In this document: positions 1-12,364 of the stretch, piece by piece
Layout of the letters: each line of letters starts with the position of its first letter
How positions within the stretch are numbered: position 1 is the first letter of the stretch
Assembly: GCA_030704615.1 (NCBI GenBank)
Contig: CM060732.1
Span: forward strand, 10,478,001 to 10,542,000
DNA: 64,000 bases
Source: Takakia lepidozioides
Lineage: Eukaryota; Plantae; Bryophyta
Reading direction: 5' to 3'
The notes under the pieces: generated by a model
What the model was told of the DNA's origin: nothing
Seen by the model: the letters and a program-made list of their open reading frames with translations, nothing else
The model's database searches: none
Program-made: the position numbers and the translations under genes

Positions 1-1474
1 TGTTCAACACAGAATGCCTCAACGACCTGTGAGCAAATGCGCGAAGGGGTGAAGCCCAACCACATCGTGTTTGTATGTGTTTGCAATGCATGTGCAAGCC
101 TGGAAAAGGGGAACGAGGTCCATGGTGACATCGGTCAAAGCTGGAATTGCACCGGATGTCATTCTGAACACTGCCCTGACCTGGACATGTATGCCAAATG
201 TGGATGCATTGAGGATACAAAAGGAGTTTTCGACACTATGGCTAAATGAGATGTGGTGTTGTGGAGTGCGATGCTTGCAGGGTATGCACAACAGGGACGT
301 GGGATGGAGGCTTTGGAGACCTATGATCCAATGATGGGGGAGGGGGTGAAGCCCGGCCACTTTGTGTGCATTTGCAATGCTTGTGCAAGCCTGGCAGCCC
401 TGGACAAGGGCAAAGAGGTGCATGGGGATATCATCAAAGCTGGAATTGTACCAAATGTCATTCTGAACACTGCCCTGGCAGCTCTGGAAAAGGGGAAAGA
501 GGTCCATGGCGACATCTTCAGAGCTGGAATTGTACCAAATGTCAGTCTGAACCATACCCTGGTGGACATGTATGCGAAATGTGGTGCATCGAGCCTGGAC
601 GAGGGCAAAGAGGTGCATGGGGTATCATCAAAGCTGGAATTGTACCAAATGTCATTATGAACACTGCCCTGGCGGCTCTGGAAAAAGGGGAAAGAGGTCC
701 ATGGCGACATCTTCAGAGATAGAATTGTACCAAATGTCATTCTGAACCATATCCTGGTGGACATGTATGCAAAATGTGGGTGCATTGAGCCCTGGACAAG
801 GGCGAAGCGGTGCATGGGGTATCATCAAAGTGGAATTGTACCAAATGTCATTATGAACACTGCCCTAGCAGCTCTGGAAAAGGGGAAAGACGTCCATGGC
901 GACATCTTCAGAGCTGGAATTGTACCAAATGTCATTCTAAACCATACCTTGGTGGACATGTTTGCAAAATGTGGGTGCAAAGGGATCTAGGATCTAGGAT
1001 GCAAAGGGAGTGTTCGACACTATGGCTGAACGAGATGTGGTGTCGTGGAGTGCGATGCTTGCAAGGTATGCACGGCAGGGACGTGGGATGGAGGCTTTGG
1101 AGACCTATGAGCAAAGGATGGGGGAAGCACATCATGTTTGTGTGCATTTGCAATGCTCGTGCAAGCCTGGCAGCCCTGGAGACGGGCAAGAAGTGCATGG
1201 GGCTATCCTCAAAGCTGGAATTGTGCCAAATGTCAATCTGAACACTGCCCTAGCAGCTTTGGAATAGGGGAAAGAGGTCCATGGCGACATCTTCAGAGTT
1301 GGAATTGTACCAGATGTCATTCTGAACAATACCCTGGTGAACATGTTTGCAAAATGCGGGTGCATCTAGGATGCAAAGGTAGCTTTGGAGAGCTATGAGC
1401 AAATGATGGGGGAAGCACATCATGTTTGTGTGCATTTGCAATGCTTGTGCAAGCCTGGTAGCCGGCTGGAATTG
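1..1474 (+). pseudogene. Degenerate tandem PLS-class PPR repeats (left part)
   Basis: Repeated motifs LVDMYAKCG, VFDTMAERDVVSWSAMLAGYAQQGRGMEAL, GVKPNHIVFVCVCNACASL and EVHGDIIKAGIVPNV, broken by frameshifts and stops. Interrupted at 1474 by a transposon. Confidence 0.9.
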
Positions 1475-1488
1475 GAGGTTTACTATTT

Positions 1489-1925
1489 CATGAGCGCATG
1501 AGCCCATGAGCCCATGAGCCTATGAGCTCATGAGCGGACATCCGCGGAATTGGAATTTTCCTGCCTTTATTGACGGTGTTATGTCCTCTTACCTCGGTAA
1601 TAGGGTCTATTTCTCCTGGTCCAGGATGCGGAATGAGGTATTTCGGCGCCGTTATTCCCAAGAGCAGTGTGCTAAAATGGTGTTTTGAAGACATCCACCG
1701 GGGTATTTCGGCACCGAAATTACCTCTTAAAATGTGATATAGTGTGGTATTTAATGGCGCAAAACGGGATATTTGGGCGCCGAAATACCCAAGTGGAATG
1801 TGCTGAAGTGCCTTGTGCTGAAGGCTTCCATCGTGATATTTTGGTACAGTAATTCATCCGCGGAATTTTTGAGGCCCATATAACGAAGGCGCGCATTGGG
1901 CTATTTCGGCGCCAAATTTCCCAAT
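1489..1925. repeat. Left subterminal repeats of A1 (CATGAGC units, then TATTTCGGCGCCG-type sites)
   Basis: Tandem CATGAGC at 1489-1535, then dispersed CGGCGCCG-core motifs near 1640, 1705, 1771 and 1903. Confidence 0.8.
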
Positions 1926-2166
1926 AGGAATGTTAGAAACGGCAGGGTTTTCATGGCTTCAAGTTCTCGGCTCGATGGTGTGCATAAATTACTTGTAGGG
2001 TTCTTCACTGAAGTTTGCGTCTCTTCTGCTTTTATTATACATTTTGGTTGGCGGAAGAAATGTAGGGAATCGGACAAGCAGTCTGAACACAATGATTTTT
2101 CAAATCGTCAATATTTTCATTAAGTGTTTCAGAACTGTACAACAAAAGGATCCAAATGAGACTTTG

Positions 2167-3853
2167 CTATGGTGAGGATCCGCTATCACTGTCCGATGCA
2201 TCCCCGGCCTCATGCAAGGATGGCTGCCTTCCACCTGCCTCCGAACCTGCACTGTCGCTACCGCTGTTACTCTGAGAAGCCCTCCCCTCAAAAATACCAT
2301 CCTCACCAGCCGGAACTATCCACCTGAGTGCGGAAGTGTCCTCAACATTCCCCTCGCTCTCGGACGCGGATTCTATTACGAACTTCCCTACTCTGTCTTT
2401 CACAATTCTATGTTTGGCCTCACGCCTCATTATAATTCTCTGCTCATTCCCGTATGTCAATTGCTCTAACCGAGTAGGCCTATCCTCCCTCCTGATGGCT
2501 TCTCTGGCAGCCGTGTCTGCATAGGCTGGTAGAAAAAAAGGCTTCTCGGGACTCGCGAGAAACGATTTTCTGGCAAAGAATGGCCGATGCGATTCTGTCT
2601 CCTCCTCTGCAACAGGGTCCGATTCGGGCAAGTCTCCCAGCTTCTCCTCGTCGGACGACTCTGCAAGGCTGAGTGTACGCACAAACATAGAATGAAGTAC
2701 ATTAGAGAATTCAAACAGGGAATCATCGGCAGGTTGCATGGTCCCTACAACCGAAACCAATACACTTACTATGGTGCAACTCACTCGAAGACAGGCATTG
2801 GGGGAAGCGGCTTCGGGCGCCCCTGCATCGAACGAATTTCCTGGACTTCCTCCTCTTCATCTTCCTCCTCCCCTTCCACGTCATCTTCTGCGTTTTTGGG
2901 ATCCTCAGTCGGAGGCAAACGCTGAAGGCCCGCCAAATTGTAATCGTACAAGGCCGTATCCCCCTCAAATGAGAACACAAATCGGTTCGACATCCTTCCC
3001 GCCCACATACAGGCACCTGCAAATTCATACGACACAACCACAACCAAACTCAAGAATGAGTCGCTTCCTCGCACAAGCAAACATACACAAACGGAAATGG
3101 TGTCAATTTTGGTGCCGCATTCAATTAACGTTCTCACCTGTATTTGCAGTGATGTCGAGGACCCTGCCTTCAACATCCGTACATGTTTCCATGAGCGTCT
3201 GGGATGAATGCAGGACTCCTGGTCCTGCCATACCTCCATGGCTTGCCCGACAAATCACAAAGAATGTCCTTCTCTCCCACATGGTTGAACAGGACGTTAT
3301 ACTCCAGTGGATCAACTGTGGAATCAACAAGTCTTCCTGTTTCACGTAATTTGAATTTCTAATGTTTCTTCACGAAGCAAAATGCCTGAAAGATAAGAGT
3401 CTGCAGAGAAGGAAATGTCCTGAGGTTTTGCTTCTCCGCAAGCTCCAGCAGGTTCTGATCGTCGCCAAGTCGTACCACATTGTCGTCCTCTCCTTCTGTC
3501 AGCTCAATGGGCCGCCCTTCTGCAGATCCAACTCCCACATCTCCAGCGGCCTCCACCGCATTCGTGTTTTTTGAAATTGACTGTAAACCCAATATCTCCG
3601 CTTCCAGTCTCCCTAGGGGTTTTACTGGCGAAGCCATGGGCTCCTTCTGCTTCCTCGACTTCCGAACTCTAGGTGGGCTTTTCTGAGGCGATATCTGAGG
3701 TGTTGAATGAGGACTCGCCTGCCTTGATGCACTTCCACCTTGCGAGCGCAGCACCCGGGCAGGAGTATCCAAAGTTGACTGTGTTGCTTCGCCCCCCTGC
3801 GATCCCTCCCCAGCTCCCATGTCAAACAAACAGGAAAACATGAGACACTGCAC
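2167..3853 (-). pseudogene. Cargo gene of A1: low-complexity N-terminus fused by deletion to the C-terminal MTase-like region and acidic tail
   Basis: QTLMETCTDVEGRVLDITANTG, then a GT-AG intron at 3137-3017, then ACMWAGRMSNRFVFSFEGD. This resembles SAM-binding motif I and the following strand of beta-class MTases. The tail FVIESASES..RWIVPAGEDGIFE matches B1. ParB and DIPDG regions are deleted near 3420. Confidence 0.75.
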
Positions 3854-4479
3854 GCAAAAAAAAAGGTGTAAAAGGAATATTGCGTATGGAGTGCTTCATA
3901 TCCGCAAAGCACGAATCTCTCACTGGTGGGCGATCCGAGTCTCCGGATAACGAGGTCTGCATTTCATGCATGAGACGGAGCTTAAGTCGTGTCGTCGGCG
4001 GCTTCCCAAAATCCCGCGTCCTCCTTCTCTTTGCCGGAGTTGCCTGACCTTCCACAAACTCTATGCTACCACTATGCCGCATAAGGAGAGGAAACGCAGG
4101 AGAATGTCACTGCAGAAGGGCAAGGAGCGAGAGAGCGAAGCGGTGGAACATGCAACCACTATGCACGAGCAGATGTGTAAGCAGCCACGTCTCCCGAAGC
4201 GTTGCCACCGTCCACCACTTTCTGCCGTATGAGTGATGAAGAGATTGTGACCCCTGACACGTTCGCACGGATGAAGTCGACTGGAACACGACGCGTGCCA
4301 GTTCCAGCCACCAGTACAAGACGGTTTATCCGAATTGCGGCACCGAAATACCTTCCGTTCACCGGATGCTGTTCCCGGAGCAGCCGACATTGAATGAAAT
4401 ATCTGCACATCATGAAACCCAACCGCCATGAAAATCCCCTGCCTATGACATTCAACAGTCAGGTCGGTACGTTTCATCA

Positions 4480-6260
4480 GCGGACGGATGAATTTCGGCG
4501 CCAAAATTCATCTTATTCAAGTGCTTTCGTACACAAACTTACAAATTTCGGCGCCGCAATTCATCGCTTCCGAAGTCCTCATTCGTCATGAGCAAACCTG
4601 TCAGTGGGATATCGGAGCCGGAATTAATTCCGGGACAGTGGAAACGGCTGCACTTGGGCACATTTCATCCATATTTCGGCGCCGAAATTCATCCAGAGCG
4701 AAGACTAAATCGGCACCATGCTATGCTTTGCCGCCATCATTGCCCCTGACGGATGCTGTCCATGCCTGTTGGACTTGCCATTTCTGGACATTTAACTATA
4801 ATTTCGGCGCCGAAATTATACTTTATGTGCGGCAATGTCCCGTGCGAAAAAGACCACTTAATGGATACTGTCGGTTTCAAAGGAAAAAAACGGCTAAAAT
4901 GCAATTAATTTTGACAGAAGGGGTTCAATATGCCGATTTCTCCATTAAATGCAGAATATTCCTGTTATCTTCGTCGGAACGGGGTATTTTCAACGATTTA
5001 CCGAAAATTATATCATCTAGAAGCAAATAGTAAGTGTCGGGTTTGGACGAATTTCGGCGCCAAAATTCATCCGTCGCATAGAAAATGTAATATTAGAGTT
5101 ACTCATTGCGGACAGTAAGGATGAATTTCGGCGCCGAAATTCATCCATTTCAAAGAAAAATAAATATTGGAGGGAGGGCATTGGATGAATTTCGGCGCCG
5201 AAATTCATTGCTCGCGAAGAAAAAAATAAAATTTCGGGAGGACTTCGGATGAATTTCGGCGCCGAAATTCATTGCTCGCGAAGATAAAAATAAAAAATCG
5301 GGAGGACTTCGGATGAATTTCGGCGCCGAAATTCATTGCTCGCGAAGAAAAAAAATAAATTCGGGAGGACTTCGGATGAATTTAGGCGCCGAAATTCATT
5401 GCTCGCGAAGAAAAAATAATAATTCGGGAGGACTTCGGATGAATTTCGGCGCCGAAATTCATTGCTCGCGAAGAAAAAAATAATTCGGGAGGACTTCGGA
5501 TGAATTTCGGCGCCGAAATTCATTGCTCGCGAAGAAAAAAAAATTTCGGGAGGACTTCGGATGAATTTCGGCGCCGAAATTCATTGCTCGCGAAGAAAAA
5601 AAATTTTTTGGGAGGACTTCAGATGAATGTCGGCGCCGAAATTCATTGCTCGCCAAGAAAAAAAAAATTCGAGAGGACTTCGGATGAATTTCGGCGCCGA
5701 AATTCATTGCTCGCGAAGAAAAAGGAAAATTAGAAGGGAGTACTTGGATGAGATTCGGCGTCGAAGTTCATCTGTCGCAAAGAAAAAAAAAAAAAGACTT
5801 CAGATGAATTTGGCACTGAAATCCATCCGCAGGGCAGCAGAATTAGGGTCGGAAAAGGAGATGAAGAATGAATTTCGGGGCCGAAATACATCCATTCTGC
5901 CGATTCAGGATTACTGTCATTCGGATGTCAGCACCGATATCCGGACACGTGGTGAATCACGACTGTAATCAGGAACACATTCATCCGTATTTTGGCATCC
6001 AAATTCAACCCTCATGTGCAGAAACAATTTGATGAAGAAGATGTTCATCCGAATTTCGGCACCGAAATCCATCCGTTGGGTGCTTGGTTAGTTTCATGAG
6101 GTGAACAAATTACTATTTCTGTCGCCGGAATTCATCCCCTGGCTTCCAAAGTTGTTACATGACAGAGATGTTCATCCAGATTTCGGTGCCGAAATTCATG
6201 GGAAGGCCTGATTTATTGTAGCCCAAGTGGTTGTACATTACAATTCAGGCACCAAATATC
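4480..6260. repeat. Central palindrome-rich spacer of A1, including a tandem array at 5183-5730
   Basis: Perfect 28-bp palindrome GGATGAATTTCGGCGCCGAAATTCATCC at 5119-5146. About nine 60-64-bp units (GGGAGGACTTCGGATGAATTTCGGCGCCGAAATTCATTGCTCGCGAAG plus an A-tract) and many degenerate copies. Confidence 0.92.
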
Positions 6261-6447
6261 CGATGTGAACTTGCTGTTGTCGTCCGTTTTTGTAACGTAC
6301 GTTACATACCTTCATCTTTACGTGCACCGATCACCCATCCTGTTGGATGCGGAATCCTCCAGAAAATCATTTGTGTTATTAGGTAGGACACACTCTTCTC
6401 ACTGCAGGACTTCGCTGCGGAGCGTACCGAGAGGTCCCGTCTTCAAC

Positions 6448-6994
6448 ATGGACTCCCGTGTTTGGGTAAACGTGTACTTCCATCCTGATTCTCTGAAAGC
6501 TAAAATACGTTCCACGAAATCCAATTCCCAGTCGTCATCCTCCTCCCACGAGAAGCTCTTCGCCCCGCATACCGGTGGGTGACCCCGCAGCTTGGCCCAC
6601 CCATCGGTGGGGGAAACTGAAAAGACGACGGCCACCAACAAAGGCGAACGACACCAGGATGGCCAACGCTCTTGCAATGCCCTGCATAGTGCAAGGTTGC
6701 AGGGATGTTCCTCACCCCAGGATGGGGCGCATATTTCAGTTGTCAACAGCCGGGTCTGCTGCGCGCAGTGTCGTGTATACAATCACGGTTTCACAGTACC
6801 CAGCTTGCAACTGTGAGGACTTCCTTGTTATGGAATCGAAGAATGCAGCATACGTCCCCTGCAAACACCTTTATTACATTTTTCTGAAGCGCATGAGTTG
6901 CATATCCGCAGTGGACGTCTTCATCCATGCTCCAACACTGAGTTTCAACGAGCTGCACAAGGCCCTACGGCAGGACACTGGTCGGACTGCTTGA
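6448..6994 (+). pseudogene. A1 transposase remnant: N-terminus joined directly to the SWIM C-terminus
   Basis: MDSRVWVNVYFHPDSLKAKI matches A2 at 29633-29693, then jumps to the equivalent of A2 32761. SWIM finger CNCEDFLVMESKNAAYVPCKH is present. About 3.07 kb including the DDE core is missing. Confidence 0.85.
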
Positions 6995-7676
6995 CATTCC
7001 ACATTCGGGAAGGAGAAAGTGGCAATTATATTACATTCATCTTCTTGCACCCTATTTTTTTGTGAGGAATTATACACTTGGTGGTGCCGCATCGCCATGG
7101 CTACATGTGAATTTCGGTGCCGCAATACATGAGAATGTGGTTTTTGGCCATGAATGGCATGCGCATGTTTTTTTATTTTGGTTGTCTACAAATGGATCCG
7201 AGTAAAGCATACATTGTGTGGAGATTAACGGGCATTGAGGCCTATTTCAGCGCCGTTTATGGTCTATGTACTGCATAGTGCTTCCTTGTTACTGCTCTTC
7301 ATTCAATTTGTAGTGATTTCGCAGCCCATCCTGGCGTTTTCGTCCACCTTTATGAGAAGACTCCAATTTGCTACAAATACATTGTTACTGTTCTGCAAAT
7401 GTGATGCCTTTACAAGATTGCTAGTTCTGTGTCCCAGTGGGAAGGGTCCTACTGCACATTCCAGCATTTGCATACTGCACCTTGTGCAAACAGCAATCCA
7501 TACGACAAAGGACACGTCCCAGCATACTGGCAGTGAATTGCAAAAAACCTTAACAGAAGATTATCCAAGCATGTATATTCCCCATATGGCACAGGGAAGC
7601 TGCTTGATTTCTGAATGAAAATGTATGTGCCATGAGTGTCGGCGAGTCGAAACATGTCTACTCTAGCATGCAAGAC

Positions 7677-8228
7677 CTATGGTCCCCTCGCCCAAGAAGA
7701 AGGAACTCTAACTGGCCTCTCAAGGACCTCCTGAGTGACCGGGTGCCTATATTTGAACAAAATGTCAGTGGTTTCTGTCGCCCGGTTGAAACTAACGAGG
7801 ATGTCGTGTTTATCGATAGCGCCCCCTTGGTAGAAGGACATTTTCACAGTGGGCCCTGTGTTCCCCTCCTCCTCATCCTCATAACTGAAGAGAATGTCCC
7901 CACTTTCCGAGCCAGTCCGTCCACGCGTAAAGTTTTCACCTATGCACTCATCATACGTCCACTCGCAACAATTCCAGCGATACAGCAACGCTGTGCGTGA
8001 TCTGTTCGGCTCCCACTCATGCGGAAAGTCCAGGTCCATGATGCGTAGGAACCACCTGCTCCCCAGCCGGGGTCCAGGAGAATCGTGCAATCCTGGAAGA
8101 AACTCCATTGCTCTCAGCTGGACAAGTCGAGGATCGTCCCTGTAAACATCCAGGAAAACAATGATGTCGTGTGCTTTCGGGAAAATGACTCCCGTCTGGC
8201 GTCGATAGATGTGATTCGGGCACGACAT
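7677..8228 (-). CDS. Third ORF of subfamily A, 183 aa, unknown function
   Basis: Open frame MSCPNHIYRRQ...VPSSWARGP. A same-length homologue sits at 33924-34475 in A2. No recognisable family. Confidence 0.4.
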   Translation of the reverse strand: MSCPNHIYRRQTGVIFPKAHDIIVFLDVYRDDPRLVQLRAMEFLPGLHDSPGPRLGSRWFLRIMDLDFPHEWEPNRSRTALLYRWNCCEWTYDECIGENFTRGRTGSESGDILFSYEDEEEGNTGPTVKMSFYQGGAIDKHDILVSFNRATETTDILFKYRHPVTQEVLERPVRVPSSWARGP

Positions 8229-8344
8229 GGCCTCACGACATAGCACAAACTCAAAGCAGGGAGGAGATGGGCACAACAGAGAAGAGTGAAGAGCAAAATG
8301 AGAGCAAGGCCTCCCTTACCGTAAGGCGGGTATTTGCTCTCCGG

Positions 8345-9049
8345 AGCCCAATTTTGGCGCCGTTATTGGATGGAGTGCGGAAGCTTCAGCCGAGAATTTT
8401 GTTTCCGCAGGTCAATTTCGGCGCCGTTATTGGTTGCAATCCCTAGCCTTCAGCCGGGTATTTGGTTTCTGGACCCAATTTCGGCGCCGTTATCGGCTGC
8501 ACTCCGGTGGCTTCAACCGAGTATTTGGTTTTCGGGGCCCATTTCGGCGCCGTTATCGCCTGCACTCCGGGTATTTGGTTGGTGGAGCCCAATTACTTTC
8601 ACCGTTGTTGGCTTCACTCCCGAGCCTTCAGCCGGCTATTTCTTTTCCTGTGCCCAATTACGGCGCCGTTATACCCAACCATCATGCACTTCTGCAACAG
8701 TACTATCCACGGTTATAGGTCGCCATTGCGTTTTCGGAGTCTGCAAACCCGGATCCTAATTCCGCTTGCGTCTCTGCCTCTGGGATAATTTCGGTGCCGT
8801 TATTGCCCAGAATTCAGTTTTTCTATGACCTGGCCTAGCGGTCCATGAGCCTGGGCTCCAAGTCATGAGCGTACACTGGTACTCATGAGCGGAGTGCTTC
8901 CAGCATGAGCGCGGAAATCTTCGATTTTTGATTATTTTATAGTTTTGGGCCTGAAAAAAATCTGCCGAAATTCGAAGTGTGTTACTTTGCGGCTCATGGG
9001 TGAGCCATGCCCGCTCATGAGCTCATGAGCTCACCGCTCATGAGCTCAT
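8345..9049. repeat. Right subterminal repeats of A1
   Basis: Repeated CCCAATTTCGGCGCCGTTATT...CTTCAGCCGGGTATTTGGTT units of about 60-65 bp, followed by CATGAGC units next to the TIR. Confidence 0.85.
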
Positions 9050-9064
9050 GGAATAGCAACCCCC

Positions 9065-10290
9065 CTGGAATTGTGCCAAATGTCAATCTGAACACTGCCC
9101 TGGCAGCTTTGGAAATGGGGAAAGATGTCCATGGCGACATCTTCAGAGTTGGAATTGTACCAGATGTCAATTCTGAACAATACCCTGGTGAACATGTTTG
9201 CAAAATGTGGGTGCATCTAGGATGCAAAGGGAGTGTTCGACACTATGGCTGAACGAGATGTGGTGTCGTGGAGTGCGATGCTTGCAAGGTATAAACGGCA
9301 GGGACGTGGGATGGAGGCTTTGGAGACCTATGAGCAAATGATGGGGGAAGCACATCATGTTTGTGTGCATTTGCAATGCTTGTGCAAGCCTGGCAGCCTT
9401 GGAGAAGGGCAAGAGGTGCATGGGGATATCATCAAAGCTGGAATTGTGCCAAATGTCAATCTGAACACTGCACTGGCAGCTTTGGAAATGAGGAAAGATG
9501 TGCATGGCGACATCTTCAGAGCTGGAATTGTACCAGATGACATTCTAAACAATACCCTGGTGAACATGTTTGCAAAATGTGGGTGCATCTAGGATGCAAA
9601 GGGAGTGTTCGACACTATGGCTGAACGAGATGTGGTGTCGTGGAGTGCGATGCTTGCAGGGTATGCACGGCGGGGACGTGGGATGGAGGCTTTGGAGACC
9701 TATGTGCAAATGTTGGGGGAAGCACATCATGTTTGTGTGCAGTTGCAATGCTTGTGCAAGCCTGGCAGCCCTGGAGAAGGGCAAGAGGTGCATGGGGATA
9801 TCATCAAAGCTGGAATTGTGCCAAATGTCAATCTGAACACTGCCCTGGTAGCTTTGGAAATGGGGAAAGATGTGCATGGCGACATCTTCAGAGCTGGAAT
9901 TGTACCAGATGACATTCTGAACAATACCCTGGTGAACATGTTTGCAAAATGTGGGTGCATCTAGGATGCAAAGGGAGTGTTCGACACTATGGCTGAACGA
10001 CATGTGGTGTCGTGGAGTGCGATATGATGTGCTTGCAGGGTATGCACAGCAGGGATGTGGAATGGAGGCTTTGGAGACCTATGAGCAATGGAAGCACATC
10101 ATGTTTGTGTGCATTCGCAATGCTTGTGCAAGCCTAGCAACGGGCCTGGAGAAGGCAAAGAGGTGCATGGGGATATCATCAAAGCTGGAATTGTACCAAA
10201 TGTCAATCTGAACACTGCCCTGGAAGCTTTGGAAAAGGGGAAAGAGGTCCACATGGCGACGTCTTCAGAGCTGGAATTGTACCAAAGTGA
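9065..10290 (+). pseudogene. Tandem 372-bp PPR units (continuation of the array)
   Basis: Near-identical ORFs start at 9233 and 9605 (period 372). They share an in-frame TAG after KCGCI and a shared frameshift. Confidence 0.9.
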
Positions 10291-12364
10291 ATGCCTGTCA
10301 GATTACCAGATGCAAAGAGGTGCATGGTTGCATCGCCAAAGGCAGCAGCTGCAGCGGCACAGTTGATAAAGTCAGGCACCTCAACCATGACCACAACTTC
10401 TGGAAGAGGATCAAGAGAGGGAGTCCACAATGCCTCTTCTGGCACTTATGGGCATGTGAAGATGCTTTGTGAGGCAGGCAGACTGAAAGAGGCTCTACTG
10501 ACTTCAAACCAAGGAGGCATTTCAGCAGATTCAGATACGTATGTCTATCTCTTGCATAAGTGCATCAAGATGAAAGGCCAAGTGAAGCTAGAAAGCAGGT
10601 GCACACTCACATTATCCAAAGTGCACGCCAAATATTTTTCTAGTCAACACCCTTGTCAACATGTATGTTATGTGCGGGAGCATCATGGATGCTCACCAAG
10701 TGTTCAACAGAATGCCTCAACGATCTTTCATCACGTGGAACACGATGCCTGCAGGGTGTGCACAACAGGGGCGTGGTATAGAGGCCTTGGAGAATGTGGT
10801 GAGGGCACCTTCTTCTTCGACCTATTTCAGCCTGTTTTTCCCTCTCATCAGACTCGGCCCTGAATTTACATATTGAATTGTCAAGGACAATGTGGTGAGG
10901 GCACCTTCTTCTTCGACCTATTTCAGCCTGTTTTGCCCTCTCATCAGACTCGGCCCTGAGATGCATATTGAATTCTGTAAGTTAGCTCGTTGGGAGGATC
11001 TGTGGTGGTTTGAAATGACTATGACAAGTAACTGCCGATGTGGCAGCAGGAAAGTATCCAAAACATATAACAGAGATGAGGAGAAGGTGTGGAATGAATA
11101 TTTTGTTGACCCCAGTGAATGGTGGAACAACCGAGGCAAAAAGTTGAATGCCTATTAGATGACAGAGAGTAGCAGACGCAATTCAGCATAGGAACTAGTG
11201 TGATTGGGTGTTTCCTAGGTTGTCATTGTCAGTTGCTAGCAGCAAGGGCAAAGATGAATGCATGATTTGTGCAGAGGCATGGATAGCTGAAGGAGAAGGG
11301 ATAGAGTGTGGGTCCAGATTCATCCAAGAGGGCCGGACTTCAAGCTCCAGATTACCTGTGATTACATGTGGATCAATAGCTACAAGAAATGTAAATGGGT
11401 AGATGGTCAACTAAAGGCAATAGCTGCAGCGGCACAGTTGATAAAATCAGGCACGTCCTCAACCATGACCGCAGCTTCTGAAAGAGGATCAAGAGAGGGA
11501 GTCCACAATGCCTTTTCCGCGGGGCATGTGAAGATGCTTTGTGAGGCAGGCAGACTGACAAAGGCTCTAGGTTTGGAAGCTGGAATCAGGTGTATACTCA
11601 CATTATCCAAAGTGGATTCATGCCAAATGTTTTTTCTACTCAACACCCTTGTCAACATGTATGTTAAGTGCGGGAGCATCATGGATGCTCGCCAAGATTT
11701 CTACAGAATGCCTCAACGATCTTTGATCACGTGGAATATAATGTTGGCAGGATTTACCAAACATGGGTGTGGTAGGAATGCTTTGGCGACCTATGAGCAA
11801 ATGTTGCGCAAAGGGGTGAAGCCCAACCACATCACGCTTCCGCATGTTTGCAATGCATGTGCAAGCCTAGGACCTCTGGAAAAGGGGAAAAAGGTCCATG
11901 GTGACATCGTCAAAGCTGGAATTGTACCAGATGTCATCCTGAATACTCCCCTGGTGGACGTCTATGCCAAATGTGGGTGCATTAAGGATGCGAAGGGAGT
12001 TTTCAACACTATGGCTGAACCAAATGTGGTGTCATGGAACGCGATGCTTGCAGGGTATGCACAGCAGGGACATGGTATGGAGGCTTTGGAGACCTATGAT
12101 CAAATGATGGGGGAAGGGGGGGCACCTTCTTCAATAGCACAACGGCTACAAGTGGGTAGATGGTCAACTAGAAACAGCAATGGCAGCAACACAATTGATA
12201 GAACAAGGCCACTGCTAATGAAGGTACCTTCTTCAACATGTTTCATCCTGTTTTCCCCTGCTATCAGAGTCGTCCCTAAATTTTCATGTTGAATTCTACA
12301 AGTTAGCTCGTTGGTGGATCTATGGTGGTGTTGGAGTGATTTTGACATGTTACTGCCAATGTGG
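10290..12364 (+). pseudogene. Duplicated PPR gene 5' units with an OSB-type PDF motif upstream of PLS PPR repeats
   Basis: WNEYFVDPSEWWNNRGKK (11089-11143) and HPRGPDFKLQITCDYMWINSYKKCKWVDGQL (11321-11413) form a PDF motif. It is followed by LCEAGRL and PPR motifs in ORF 11306-12292, which degenerates after about 12115. No E or DYW domain. Confidence 0.7.

Larger units (their letters stand above)
1475..9064. mobile_element. MULE-like DNA transposon, copy A1 (non-autonomous, two internal deletions)
   Basis: Left terminus GAGGTTTACTATTTCATGAGC and right terminus (reverse complement) GGGGGTTGCTATTCCATGAGC match at 17/21. Perfect 9-bp TSD CTGGAATTG at 1466-1474 and 9065-9073. PPR sequence resumes after it. 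Internal sequence is collinear with copy A2. Confidence 0.93.

Noticed and set aside
19-1507. Minus-strand ORFs over the PPR array
   Set aside because: They are antisense shadows of repetitive PPR coding sequence.
5183-5730. CRISPR-like array of palindromic repeats
   Set aside because: The sequences between palindromes are near-identical rather than unique spacers, there are no cas genes, and the context is eukaryotic.
1475-9064. hAT or CACTA classification for the main element
   Set aside because: The 9-bp TSD, G-rich termini, D..D-CxxH..TTNxAES core and SWIM finger fit Mutator-like elements. There is no CACTA or CAG/TAG terminus.
1-12364. Functional PPR-DYW editing factor
   Set aside because: There are multiple stops and frameshifts, and no E or DYW (HxE..CxxC) domain is visible.
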